Part shown: positions 1-8,753 of the stretch, one piece after another | How the letters are laid out: each line of letters opens with the position of its first letter | Numbering within the stretch: the stretch's first letter is position 1 | Sequence record: MK327931.1 | Reading direction: 5' to 3' (one strand) | Length of the DNA stretch: 64,000 bases | Program-made: the position numbers and the translations under genes | The notes under the pieces: model-generated | Told to the model about the DNA's origin: nothing | What the model saw: the letters and a program-made list of their open reading frames with translations, nothing else | Databases searched by the model: none

Positions 1-280
1 TTTTTGTAACATCACCAGGTTCAGATTCATAATTCACACAATAACCTTCAATGCGTAGAGTTTTGTTAGTCCAATGTTCCCACTCAATCCAAATTTCATT
101 TGGATAATAAACCATATCTTCTTTGAACGTATGGAATTGATCCATTGGTAAATGACCTTTAACTTCAATTACTTCAGCACTTCGAGCCAGTTTTTCAAGC
201 TTGTACTTTATTTCAGCAAGATATTCTTCATCATTCAGACGAGTGAATAAATCTGTTGCACGGGTTGTATCAAGGCTCAT
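1..280 (-). CDS. hypothetical protein (partial, runs off window start)
   Basis: ATG at 280 overlaps the upstream stop (ATGA); frame open to position 1 (MSLDTTRATDLFTRLNDEEY...). Confidence 0.7.
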   Translation of the reverse strand, partial: MSLDTTRATDLFTRLNDEEYLAEIKYKLEKLARSAEVIEVKGHLPMDQFHTFKEDMVYYPNEIWIEWEHWTNKTLRIEGYCVNYESEPGDVTK

Positions 281-528
281 TGTTGTACTCCATTAATCAC
301 TGAAGTGTTGATTCGTGTTTTTCCGCTAGTGTATCCAGTACTGGTGTTTGCATTAGGACAATAAACTGTATACAACGTTGCACCAGCACCTTCCTGTTGC
401 ATACGATAAATCTTACATCCTGCTTCTTTTAATTCAGTAGGGAGTTCAAAATCACTTGTGCGTTCTTTGGTTGAAGCATCACATGCAGTGAGTAAAAATG
501 CGACGAGTACTGCTACAATGTATTTCAT
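277..528 (-). CDS. small lipoprotein
   Basis: Basic-hydrophobic signal ending in lipobox LLTA-C. Confidence 0.7.
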   Translation of the reverse strand: MKYIVAVLVAFLLTACDASTKERTSDFELPTELKEAGCKIYRMQQEGAGATLYTVYCPNANTSTGYTSGKTRINTSVINGVQQ

Positions 529-836
529 TAACGAACCTCCACTTCTTGAGAAAGAGCATGAGTCAGTGCATTTGAGTTCGAACCATTCATTTCACGCTGA
601 CATACAAACATAATGGCATCTTGTACTGAACCTGCGATTTCATACTCACGACCTTCTGGATCAGTTACCAGATGTTCAACGATACAACCACCTCTCAGTA
701 CAGAAGCACCAGTACTTACACTAATTCTGTAACCTAAGAAATCAAACTGCATACATGCGTCAGTAGGTTTCATCCAATAACCGCTGTTTTGATTCAAATC
801 GATGATTACAAAACCTTGAGTGTTAGTTTGAAACAT
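528..836 (-). CDS. hypothetical protein
   Basis: ORF with SD GAGG; abuts next gene. Confidence 0.7.
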   Translation of the reverse strand: MFQTNTQGFVIIDLNQNSGYWMKPTDACMQFDFLGYRISVSTGASVLRGGCIVEHLVTDPEGREYEIAGSVQDAIMFVCQREMNGSNSNALTHALSQEVEVR

Positions 837-857
837 AGTTAATTCCTCATTTAATTT

Positions 858-920
858 AAAAGGGCGGGAACGCAGTGACGAGTACGATTATGCTGTCTTT
901 CCTTTCACTGCATTCCCTTT
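858..920 (-). ncRNA. promoter-proximal hairpin RNA or leader (13-bp stem, 26-nt loop)
   Basis: GGGAAUGCAGUGA pairs with UCACUGCGUUCCC (one G-U on minus strand), directly after the promoter at 930-958. Confidence 0.45.
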
Positions 921-929
921 GATATAAAC

Positions 930-958
930 ATTATACTGCTATTATTCAGTACTGTCAA
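930..958 (-). promoter_or_regulatory. sigma70-type early promoter
   Basis: TTGACA-N17-TATAAT followed by GTTTATATC. Confidence 0.85.
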
Positions 959-1248
959 TCGATATAAGTACCTTTTTTAACATCACAGACTTCTTCCATC
1001 CAATGTGGATTTTCGTTTTTATCAGTGAAGATTTGTTCTGCTTCTTCTTTTGTTTCAGCTAGGACAATACGATCCCCTTCATCCAAATCACGGATACGAT
1101 ACACTTTCAGTTCTTGTTTCTTCTCAAGGATATTACACAGTTCACGTGCTTTTTCTTCATCGCACTTCCCTTCATTAGCATAAAACCAAATTGCTTTTTT
1201 AATAAGGTCACGTTCTTCTTTAGAAAAAGACATAATATTTCCTATCAT
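955..1248 (-). CDS. hypothetical protein
   Basis: ORF downstream of promoter 1279-1306. Confidence 0.7.
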   Translation of the reverse strand: MIGNIMSFSKEERDLIKKAIWFYANEGKCDEEKARELCNILEKKQELKVYRIRDLDEGDRIVLAETKEEAEQIFTDKNENPHWMEEVCDVKKGTYID

Positions 1249-1278
1249 TTGTTAAAGTGGATTTCGTTTGATATAAAC

Positions 1279-1306
1279 ATTATACAGTACTGATATCTTC
1301 TGTCAA
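1279..1306 (-). promoter_or_regulatory. sigma70-type early promoter
   Basis: TTGACA-N16-TATAAT-GTTTATATC, with CAGTACTG in the spacer. Confidence 0.8.
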
Positions 1307-1313
1307 GTATTAA

Positions 1314-1394
1314 TCACCAAAAATCATCATATACCCAAAGCAAGCAACACAGATGACTAAAACTAACAATACCAACGATAGCCTCTAACATCAT
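1314..1394 (-). CDS. small hydrophobic peptide (26 aa)
   Basis: AGGA SD then MMLEAIVGIVSFSHLCCLLWVYDDFW; fills the intergenic gap. Confidence 0.35.
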   Translation of the reverse strand: MMLEAIVGIVSFSHLCCLLWVYDDFW

Positions 1395-1403
1395 TTTATA
1401 TCC

Positions 1404-1622
1404 TTAATCGATAATTTTATATTCACGATGACCATAGAAGCCAGCTTCAAGGATGCGATTACCATCAGCATCTTCCAAGTCCCAACCACGGGATGTTTCG
1501 GCAATAATAGTCATGATGTGACCTCTTGGGAAAATTCCACTCAGAGTGGATACATCCTCAAGTAATTGAACTTTCTTTCCAACATTGGAATTCGGTTTAA
1601 ACATTTTATGGCCCTTATTCAT
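1404..1622 (-). CDS. hypothetical protein
   Basis: ORF in packed operon. Confidence 0.7.
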   Translation of the reverse strand: MNKGHKMFKPNSNVGKKVQLLEDVSTLSGIFPRGHIMTIIAETSRGWDLEDADGNRILEAGFYGHREYKIID

Positions 1623-1797
1623 TGATCACATCAAGTACTTTGTCCAGCTTTTTACCAATACTTTCCTTTGGTTTCTCACCATTCTGGAATACATTAGTAC
1701 TGCAATACTCAGGACGCGTATTAGGAAACTTCTCGTTCATCCAGGAGTGACCGTAAACACCCAGCATGATGCCAACGATAAGAATGATAATTTGCAT
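1615..1797 (-). CDS. small membrane-anchored protein
   Basis: N-terminal hydrophobic segment. Confidence 0.65.
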   Translation of the reverse strand: MQIIILIVGIMLGVYGHSWMNEKFPNTRPEYCSTNVFQNGEKPKESIGKKLDKVLDVINE

Positions 1798-1812
1798 GAT
1801 AATTTCCTCTGA

Positions 1813-2601
1813 TTAAATGTTAGTAGTATAGTACTTGATTTCGTTTTGAATTGCAAGTTCTATTTGTTTATTGAAAAGAATTCCAAACTCTTTAATTGAT
1901 TCACAATCGAATTCAATAGAAAAAGTATACTCTGGTACACGTACATTGTCAATACCCAAATACTCTTTTATGTAAATTTTAATGAGTTTACATAGTGCAG
2001 TACTAAGACATTGAATTTCAAAATGTTTTGCACCTTTGTCAAAATACTTGAATGCATCAATATCACCGACAATAAAACTATTCTTTAATGTAGTGAATAG
2101 GTTCTCAGGAAACACGGTAATAGGTGACATTGATTTAAGAATGTATGTATCTTTGGCATTCTTAATGTACTCAATGAAGCAGTAGTTAACGTCAGGCTCG
2201 ATTGAACGATCCGCGTTATGATACCAGTGTTTAAACTCACTGTACTCAGCAAACTTATGCTGGCGTAATGCGTTACAATCTTCACACAATGCAGTCATGT
2301 TCTCTTTATCATTACCGCCCTGAAGACAGTCCAGTATGTTATGGTCTAACGTCATGCGTACAAGACGTTTCCCTTTAAGTACATAAGGTCTGAATTTATA
2401 ACGTTCTTTAGTACTGTGCTTATGTAAAGTGAATACCACATTGGATTCACCACAACAATCACATTTAAAGCCATCACGTGACATTACATGAATGAGTTTG
2501 CGTGTGTTCGGTCCAAACTCAGATTTAGTAATGTTATCCACAATTTCTGATGGTTGGTAATATTTTGAATTCCGTTGAATCAGTTCATCGATAGTGCTCA
2601 T
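1813..2601 (-). CDS. HNH endonuclease-family protein
   Basis: CDCCG...TLDH...GG...N..ALCEDCN Zn-binding HNH signature. Confidence 0.8.
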   Translation of the reverse strand: MSTIDELIQRNSKYYQPSEIVDNITKSEFGPNTRKLIHVMSRDGFKCDCCGESNVVFTLHKHSTKERYKFRPYVLKGKRLVRMTLDHNILDCLQGGNDKENMTALCEDCNALRQHKFAEYSEFKHWYHNADRSIEPDVNYCFIEYIKNAKDTYILKSMSPITVFPENLFTTLKNSFIVGDIDAFKYFDKGAKHFEIQCLSTALCKLIKIYIKEYLGIDNVRVPEYTFSIEFDCESIKEFGILFNKQIELAIQNEIKYYTTNI

Positions 2602-2832
2602 TTACATTATTCCTTCTATGCAACAACCAAGAATTACTTTTTTAACTTCAACAACTCGTACCAAATAGAATCCATTTGAAAAGTTAAAACTATACATTTG
2701 TACTAAGGCATCTGCTTCAGATTTCGCACGGATACATGATAGATAAATTTCACGTATATCATCATCCAACGATACTTGTTTCTCTGCATTGATGACAATA
2801 GAACGAATCTCAAAACTAACACCATAACTCAT
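2602..2832 (-). CDS. hypothetical protein
   Basis: ORF in packed operon. Confidence 0.6.
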   Translation of the reverse strand: MSYGVSFEIRSIVINAEKQVSLDDDIREIYLSCIRAKSEADALVQMYSFNFSNGFYLVRVVEVKKVILGCCIEGIM

Positions 2833-3038
2833 TGAGTTTGTCCTACAATAAGCTTTGTGTTAGTATTACTATTGTAACACCACATTTGTTCTTTATTAAC
2901 TGTAATCCAAATATCTTTGTTTACTTGTTCGTATGTACTATCACGTACTGCTATGCATTGATTCATGGAATTCATTGGGGTTATTTGTATACCGGAATTA
3001 ACAGAGAAAGCGACTACTAAAAAGATTACTGAATTCAT
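2829..3038 (-). CDS. small secreted or membrane protein
   Basis: Hydrophobic N-terminus, two Cys, SD AGGA. Confidence 0.65.
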   Translation of the reverse strand: MNSVIFLVVAFSVNSGIQITPMNSMNQCIAVRDSTYEQVNKDIWITVNKEQMWCYNSNTNTKLIVGQTQ

Positions 3039-3102
3039 TGGATATTCCTTAATGGTTAATCATCCATCTCTTCGAGATGTCTGTTCGCTTCTAATACTAC
3101 GT

Positions 3103-3131
3103 ATTCTACGCGAATGATTAATAACTGTCAA
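3103..3131 (-). promoter_or_regulatory. sigma70-type promoter
   Basis: TTGACA-N17-TAGAAT. Confidence 0.85.
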
Positions 3132-3134
3132 GGA

Positions 3135-3620
3135 CTTTTAATATTGACGGGATTTGAGGAAGGGATTTTTCTTCCCCCCACAAGGAGGGAAATTTGACGC
3201 TGATGGTATCAGAGCTATTGCATTGAAGATTACTCATAACGAGTGCGAAAGCGGGTCATCCTGTTTCTCTCTACTTCAGTTTCATATGACGGTCTACACT
3301 TTTAAACATAGTGTATCTTCATTAAGTATCTATGCAATCAAATACTTAATGTGAGTACTCAAATTTTGGACGCAACTTTCCTGTACAAAATTCGATAACT
3401 CTCCCTTAGATAATTCGTAAGGTGTTATCCTTATATGTCTATCAAGGAACCACCAGCTATCCTAACGTGGTTCTTTATACAGCCGCATTGCCGTGAGGGG
3501 TTCAAACTATGCCCACATCTAACGGGTTTCTTTTGCTGTTCGCACTGTCGGACTGCTCAACTGCCCTCTACGTTTTCGAGTGGATCAGGTACATGAATAT
3601 CATGCCAACAGAATTGTACA
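3135..3620 (-). ncRNA. candidate large structured non-coding RNA (~490 nt)
   Basis: No credible ORF; hand count of ~46% GC over 3431-3600; multiple hairpins; extended -10 (TGaTATAAT) upstream at ~3627-3635. Confidence 0.6.
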
Positions 3621-3655
3621 AGATAATTATATCACAAACTTTTACTTCATCCCAT

Positions 3656-3686
3656 AAAAAAAGGTTGGCATAAGCCAACCTTTTTT
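3656..3686 (-). terminator. intrinsic terminator (bidirectional)
   Basis: AAGGTTGGC-ataa-GCCAACCTT flanked by A and T tracts. Confidence 0.85.
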
Positions 3687-3688
3687 CT

Positions 3689-4654
3689 TTAGAAATCTTC
3701 GTATTCGTACCCTTTTGCAAGTACTAGCTTCTTAAGCTTTTGCATAGCTTCACTGTACTTTCGATGTATTGATGAACGGGATTTAACATATTTTCCATTA
3801 TCATCAACAAAACCATTATCAGCAATCTCACGAAGCGTTTCAGGTTCATATTCACCTAGACCATGAACACGCTGGATAATCTCACGTTCTTTAGTACTCA
3901 ATTCGTTAGTCAGTTCATTGATAGCATAACGTAAAGGTGCACGAATACTATCAACATTGAGGTTAAAATCAGAAGCAGGTGAATGAATAATGTCACCTAG
4001 TGTACCATCGGTAACACCGTCTAATGGTGCATCCAGAGAAGTGTATTCGCTTTGAAATAACAAACAGTTATTAACATGCTGAATCTCAATCCCAGTACCC
4101 TCTGAGATTATTTCAGGAGTTGGGCGAACACCATGTTTACGCATATATTCCTGGCAGAATCTTTTTACTTTGATCTTATGAACACTCATATAACGTGGGA
4201 AGTGTACCATATAGTTAGCGTCAGAACTTTCGTTATAAACTGTCATGTAAATACTAGAAGAAGCATAGGTAATGAACTTCACATTCTTATTAAGATCAAA
4301 GGTTTTTAGTGCTCTCATGAACCCCTCAACACCATATGAAATCTTATCTTCAAATGGGATATAACAAGTACATTTACTTGCTACATCAATAATAAGTCCA
4401 TAATTGTAACGAACTAACAGTTCAGTGTTTTTCTTTACATTGATACCAGCTTGAATATCACGAATTAGATCTTCATTGGAAACATTTGGTGGTCGCTTAA
4501 GTGTAATATTATATTTGAAACTGCTTTGTACTTTACCTTCATTTTCATCTTTATCTTCAACGAAATCTAAGGCTTCTAGTGTGTTGACTTCTTCATTAGC
4601 AAAACATTCATCCAGAACTTCTTCGGCAATTGTATTTAAATCAAGCTTTTTCAC
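3689..4654 (-). CDS. RNA polymerase sigma70-family factor
   Basis: Region 2 (LLVRYNYGLI...EGFMRALKTFD...KFITYA), region 3 (SLDAPL), region 4 (LSTKEREII..HGL...TLREIA); GTG start with AGGAG SD. Confidence 0.9.
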   Translation of the reverse strand: MKKLDLNTIAEEVLDECFANEEVNTLEALDFVEDKDENEGKVQSSFKYNITLKRPPNVSNEDLIRDIQAGINVKKNTELLVRYNYGLIIDVASKCTCYIPFEDKISYGVEGFMRALKTFDLNKNVKFITYASSSIYMTVYNESSDANYMVHFPRYMSVHKIKVKRFCQEYMRKHGVRPTPEIISEGTGIEIQHVNNCLLFQSEYTSLDAPLDGVTDGTLGDIIHSPASDFNLNVDSIRAPLRYAINELTNELSTKEREIIQRVHGLGEYEPETLREIADNGFVDDNGKYVKSRSSIHRKYSEAMQKLKKLVLAKGYEYEDF

Positions 4655-4675
4655 TTACATCTCCTAATGACGAAA

Positions 4676-5173
4676 TCAAAATCGATATACATTAATATTA
4701 TCATCTGTGAAGCAATCATGGTTATGCACATCCATGAAAGTACTAAACACTTTATCATATAAAGTTGTATGTTCTTCATGAATAGCAGCATCTAGCATGT
4801 ATTCTCCACCACTACCCATAAAGAAAGTGTAGTCTTCATGTAGATATTCAAGTTTTTTAATAAACTTTCCTTTAGTTAAAATCATATGAATAACATAATC
4901 TTTAGAAAGAAGCACACAATGGCAACTTAACTTTCTGTCAGGTATAACTGGTACTTTATTAATTAACCAATCCAGTACTTTATCAATTTCACTTACTGAC
5001 CCACTAGCACTGAATAAACGGTCATGTACATATAAAGTTTTTTGATTAACAACTCCATATTGATATTTTGGTCTTAGTGGGAAAAAACCAAATAAGTTTC
5101 GTGGTATAGTTGACGTAACTCTAGAATCGGTAATCAATAAATTTAATCGTTTATCAATATAAACAGTTGTCAT
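4676..5173 (-). CDS. Ntn-hydrolase, HslV/proteasome-beta-like peptidase
   Basis: M-T-T N-terminus, TDSRVT and GSG motifs. Confidence 0.6.
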   Translation of the reverse strand: MTTVYIDKRLNLLITDSRVTSTIPRNLFGFFPLRPKYQYGVVNQKTLYVHDRLFSASGSVSEIDKVLDWLINKVPVIPDRKLSCHCVLLSKDYVIHMILTKGKFIKKLEYLHEDYTFFMGSGGEYMLDAAIHEEHTTLYDKVFSTFMDVHNHDCFTDDNINVYRF

Positions 5174-5174
5174 A

Positions 5175-5594
5175 TTAAACCTTATCTAAGAATTTATCGT
5201 ATATATAAAATTCTTTATCGGTGAATACATTAATTCTAGTATCGAATCTTTGCATCGTGTTCATATACAATGAACTTTTTAAATAAAAATACAAAGCAAC
5301 AAATTCTGATATATGCATATTCTTTTTATTGTTACATAAATTCTTTAGCATTTTGATGCTATCAAATTCTTCTTTATCAAATCTGTACTGGTAAAAATTG
5401 TATCTATTGGAACGGCACTCATAGATACGAAGTGCCATTATATCAATACATTCTTTAGATTTACAGTACTTATTCAATACGTCATAATCACCCGTACATA
5501 ATGCTACAAAGATTTTATGTGCAAGCGTAGCTTTGCCCTCAATCGTATAATAGCCAAAGAATTTAATGATTAAGTACTGAATGAATGTAATCAT
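5175..5594 (-). CDS. hypothetical protein
   Basis: ORF in packed operon. Confidence 0.65.
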   Translation of the reverse strand: MITFIQYLIIKFFGYYTIEGKATLAHKIFVALCTGDYDVLNKYCKSKECIDIMALRIYECRSNRYNFYQYRFDKEEFDSIKMLKNLCNNKKNMHISEFVALYFYLKSSLYMNTMQRFDTRINVFTDKEFYIYDKFLDKV

Positions 5595-5599
5595 TTGAT

Positions 5600-5860
5600 T
5601 TAGAATTTCTCCGAAATTACTAGAGTGTCATCATAATCTTCTGCAATCTCATGAAGAACTTTTAAGTTACTTTCACCAGAAACGCTTTGTACTTCGTTCA
5701 AAAGATAGTTTAGATCAACTTTAGTTACTTTTTCTGAATCAAATACACAGAAAGTCAATTCAGCGTTTGGACAGATCTTCTTCAGATTATCAGCAACAAC
5801 TTGTTTGAAGTTGAAAGATGGGGAAGCAACCAGGTTAACTGCAACGAGAATAGATTTCAT
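5600..5860 (-). CDS. hypothetical protein
   Basis: ORF with SD AGGA. Confidence 0.7.
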   Translation of the reverse strand: MKSILVAVNLVASPSFNFKQVVADNLKKICPNAELTFCVFDSEKVTKVDLNYLLNEVQSVSGESNLKVLHEIAEDYDDTLVISEKF

Positions 5861-5934
5861 AATGTTTTCCTTTTTAGCTGATAATTAAATTAGGAGCACA
5901 TTGTACTCCATATTATTTGTTATGTAAAATACTT

Positions 5935-6186
5935 TTAGATACCAAGTGCAGTAGATAACTCTTTACGTTTGTTATATGAATCAGATTCAATCTTACTTTT
6001 CTTGTTGAAAAGGGATTCAATATCCTTATAGATTGCTTCGATAGATTTAGTTACTACCCATTCTGATTCTTGAAGCATACCTTGGAGTCGTGCGTACTCA
6101 ACTTTAATAGTACTGCGAAGTTCTTCACAAACTTCTTCATTCTTAATTAGTGCAGCACTAAGTTCTTTGACCTTATCGATGTTCAT
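5935..6186 (-). CDS. hypothetical coiled-coil protein
   Basis: ORF with SD AGGA; helical, charged. Confidence 0.7.
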   Translation of the reverse strand: MNIDKVKELSAALIKNEEVCEELRSTIKVEYARLQGMLQESEWVVTKSIEAIYKDIESLFNKKSKIESDSYNKRKELSTALGI

Positions 6187-6245
6187 AAGTTCCTTACTCT
6201 AATTTGTTTTTAACAAAATAATTATATATAACATACTAAATTATG

Positions 6246-6671
6246 TCAAGTATTTTTAGTACCTTCTTCTGCCATTTTTGTGATATACCAATTAAGTACT
6301 GATTTGTGTACCATAAAAAATGTGAATGCAAATATAGCAATAGCTGCTGATGTAACACTATTAGATAATGACCCAAGTTGGATGTTAGTACCTAAAATAA
6401 CAATAAATGGATACAACACAATTAATCTACTGTAAGGTTCGTCTCCAGTATCACGGAGAAATACAAGCCTTTCATGATCAGTATCCATTGTGACAATTGA
6501 ACAGAACATAAGTGCAGACATAAGAGCAATACCAATTTGTGCTACATTAGAAATTGTAAACCACAAAGGATTTAAACCATATGAAATATTATTTTCTGTA
6601 CAGTAGTAACCAAACGAATTGAATGCACAAACTAAAAATACAAAAATACAAATCTTATTATAACCTCTCAT
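6246..6671 (-). CDS. multi-pass membrane protein
   Basis: About four hydrophobic segments. Confidence 0.7.
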   Translation of the reverse strand: MRGYNKICIFVFLVCAFNSFGYYCTENNISYGLNPLWFTISNVAQIGIALMSALMFCSIVTMDTDHERLVFLRDTGDEPYSRLIVLYPFIVILGTNIQLGSLSNSVTSAAIAIFAFTFFMVHKSVLNWYITKMAEEGTKNT

Positions 6672-7090
6672 TTGTTTAGCTCCGTTAATTTTCGTTTAAC
6701 TTCTAGATCATGAAACTCATCTGCATATGAGTTTTGAACAGTTCTGATGTATTCCAACATAACAAACATAGTTCCACATACCCATAGATATGTATAGTAA
6801 TCAAATACAAATGCATATAACATACACGGTACTAAAATGAAAGTGTAAACAAAACTATATCGTGTAGTTCCAAATACTTTCAGATATAACAAACGTCTAT
6901 AATCACGGGCAAATGTATTGATGCACACTGAAAATGTAATTAATGTATACCATGAAATACCCTGAATTAAACCTGAAACATTTAAAAGTTTATGTTCATC
7001 GGAAAACCCCAGTGCATTTAGCACTGGAGCCATAACCCAACCAATAATACTAATAAGAAAAAGATATTTTGCATTACTTAGTGTGAACAT
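6668..7090 (-). CDS. multi-pass membrane protein (probable paralog of 6246-6671)
   Basis: About four hydrophobic segments; shared RL(L/V)(Y/F)L..G...YS loop. Confidence 0.7.
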   Translation of the reverse strand: MFTLSNAKYLFLISIIGWVMAPVLNALGFSDEHKLLNVSGLIQGISWYTLITFSVCINTFARDYRRLLYLKVFGTTRYSFVYTFILVPCMLYAFVFDYYTYLWVCGTMFVMLEYIRTVQNSYADEFHDLEVKRKLTELNK

Positions 7091-7091
7091 A

Positions 7092-7550
7092 TTACTTTAG
7101 TCCCCATGCTTTTTTGATTGCATCAACAGAGTTTTGGTCCACTACTTCCTTTTTTTCTGATGTAGTTTGAAGTTTATTAATTACATATTCCTTTGCATCT
7201 TTTTCTATCATAAATTTACCATCAACCAACACACCAAAAACTTTAGAATTTCGGGCTGGATATGGATTAATTTCATCAAGAGTACGGACTTTCTTATCAA
7301 CTATAATGGCTTTGATGTAACCAGTTTCAAGTACTGTTGTAATCACAGTCATTTCAATTGCAACTGGTGAATCTTCCCAATACGCAATCCATTTAGTAAA
7401 GCTACGATCAGGTGAATCTTTTGTGCATTTTAATTTAATTGCACTATTAAAAATGTATTGTTTAAAATTGTCATCGACAACTTCACTAATACTAAAATAA
7501 CCTTCACGCTCTTCAACATTACGTTTGAAATTTGTAGCTAATACATCCAT
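7092..7550 (-). CDS. hypothetical protein
   Basis: ORF with SD. Confidence 0.7.
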   Translation of the reverse strand: MDVLATNFKRNVEEREGYFSISEVVDDNFKQYIFNSAIKLKCTKDSPDRSFTKWIAYWEDSPVAIEMTVITTVLETGYIKAIIVDKKVRTLDEINPYPARNSKVFGVLVDGKFMIEKDAKEYVINKLQTTSEKKEVVDQNSVDAIKKAWGLK

Positions 7551-7591
7551 TTTCCATCCCCCTTGGGTTACTTGGTGTGTTAATTATAATA

Positions 7592-8068
7592 CTAAGAATC
7601 TTTGTTGTCAAACTTTTCCCTCAAATATTTTTCTATTAATCTAATTTGTGTTGGTGGTAAGATAAAGTAATCGTACATAGATTTACTACCATGTATCGAA
7701 CAACCTACACTAATACTATAATCATATGGATATAAGTATATTGGGTCTTGTATATCAGGTATGAAAACTATTCTTGATATATTACCATTTCCTATTCTTA
7801 CTTGGACGTTATCATTATTATTAAGATAATTTCTTATACAGTACTCAATTATACCATTTACTTTAGAATCATAACCATAATTTTTATATTCAGGAAAAAT
7901 GAAATAGCGTTCATGGTATAGATATGAGCATAGTAACGCTGGGAAAAAATTCCAAAATCCTTCATGTTTTGCAATTGTTTGTGCATATTTAAAATGATTA
8001 GCATTACTAAAAATATTATACAGCACAAAATACACAAATGGACTTACCAACAACACTATTGTTAACAT
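7592..8068 (-). CDS. membrane-anchored hypothetical protein
   Basis: N-terminal TM segment. Confidence 0.65.
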   Translation of the reverse strand: MLTIVLLVSPFVYFVLYNIFSNANHFKYAQTIAKHEGFWNFFPALLCSYLYHERYFIFPEYKNYGYDSKVNGIIEYCIRNYLNNNDNVQVRIGNGNISRIVFIPDIQDPIYLYPYDYSISVGCSIHGSKSMYDYFILPPTQIRLIEKYLREKFDNKDS

Positions 8069-8529
8069 CAGAAGCCTCTGTATTTTTCATACACTTCAAC
8101 GCATTCCATGATTTTGTCATCGTCCATCATATCATAGCCTTGTAGAAATTCTTCTTTATCAACCTTCCCTGCCATCATGTCTGTGTCAGAAATTCTGGAG
8201 TCATAGAAGGAATACATATCTTTATAGTACTGGTTTTTGTGCTGCTCAATCTTTACTTTAGCATATCCAGCACAAAATGAAGGAGATTTAACAACTTCCC
8301 ATTTATGCTTCTTGATGGGTTTATCATTAGCATGTTTTTCTCTGTATGTCTGACGATAACGTTCACGCATTTCAGGCATGTATTCTTCAGCAGTACGTTT
8401 AGGGGGAGTTTTACCAGTCCCAATAGTTTTAATAGTTTGACGTTGTTCTTCTGCGTGTACTGGGGAAATAAAACATGATGTACCAAACAGTACTGCTACG
8501 ATAACCATAAAATTCTTAAACATAATCAA
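8068..8529 (-). CDS. secreted or periplasmic hypothetical protein
   Basis: Signal peptide ending VHA-EE. Confidence 0.65.
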   Translation of the reverse strand: MIMFKNFMVIVAVLFGTSCFISPVHAEEQRQTIKTIGTGKTPPKRTAEEYMPEMRERYRQTYREKHANDKPIKKHKWEVVKSPSFCAGYAKVKIEQHKNQYYKDMYSFYDSRISDTDMMAGKVDKEEFLQGYDMMDDDKIMECVEVYEKYRGF

Positions 8530-8753
8530 ACCTCTTTTACAATAATATCGATTGATACTGGAATTGCAATTTCACTATTACATGAATATACATCAGCACA
8601 GTACTCAATATCTAGTACTTTATAATATTTCTCAAAACCACAAATGGTAAGATTCAACGTTGACCCAACTGCTGGGAGTTCAGGAAATGATAAGAACGCA
8701 ATTTTAGAATGAAATTCTTCATTGATATCTTGATATACAGTTGCAGTAATCAC
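8526..8753 (-). CDS. hypothetical protein
   Basis: ORF with ATGA overlaps. Confidence 0.65.
   Translation of the reverse strand: MITATVYQDINEEFHSKIAFLSFPELPAVGSTLNLTICGFEKYYKVLDIEYCADVYSCNSEIAIPVSIDIIVKEV

Noticed and set aside
3135-3620. RNase P, tmRNA or group I intron identity for the large non-coding region
   Set aside because: No GAGGAAAGUCC/P4 pairing, no tRNA-like ends with CCA, no P7 core, and it does not interrupt a gene
1813-3620. HNH gene plus upstream RNA as an IscB/HEARO-type RNA-guided nuclease
   Set aside because: No RuvC or PLMP motifs; two genes and a separate consensus promoter lie between the RNA and the HNH gene
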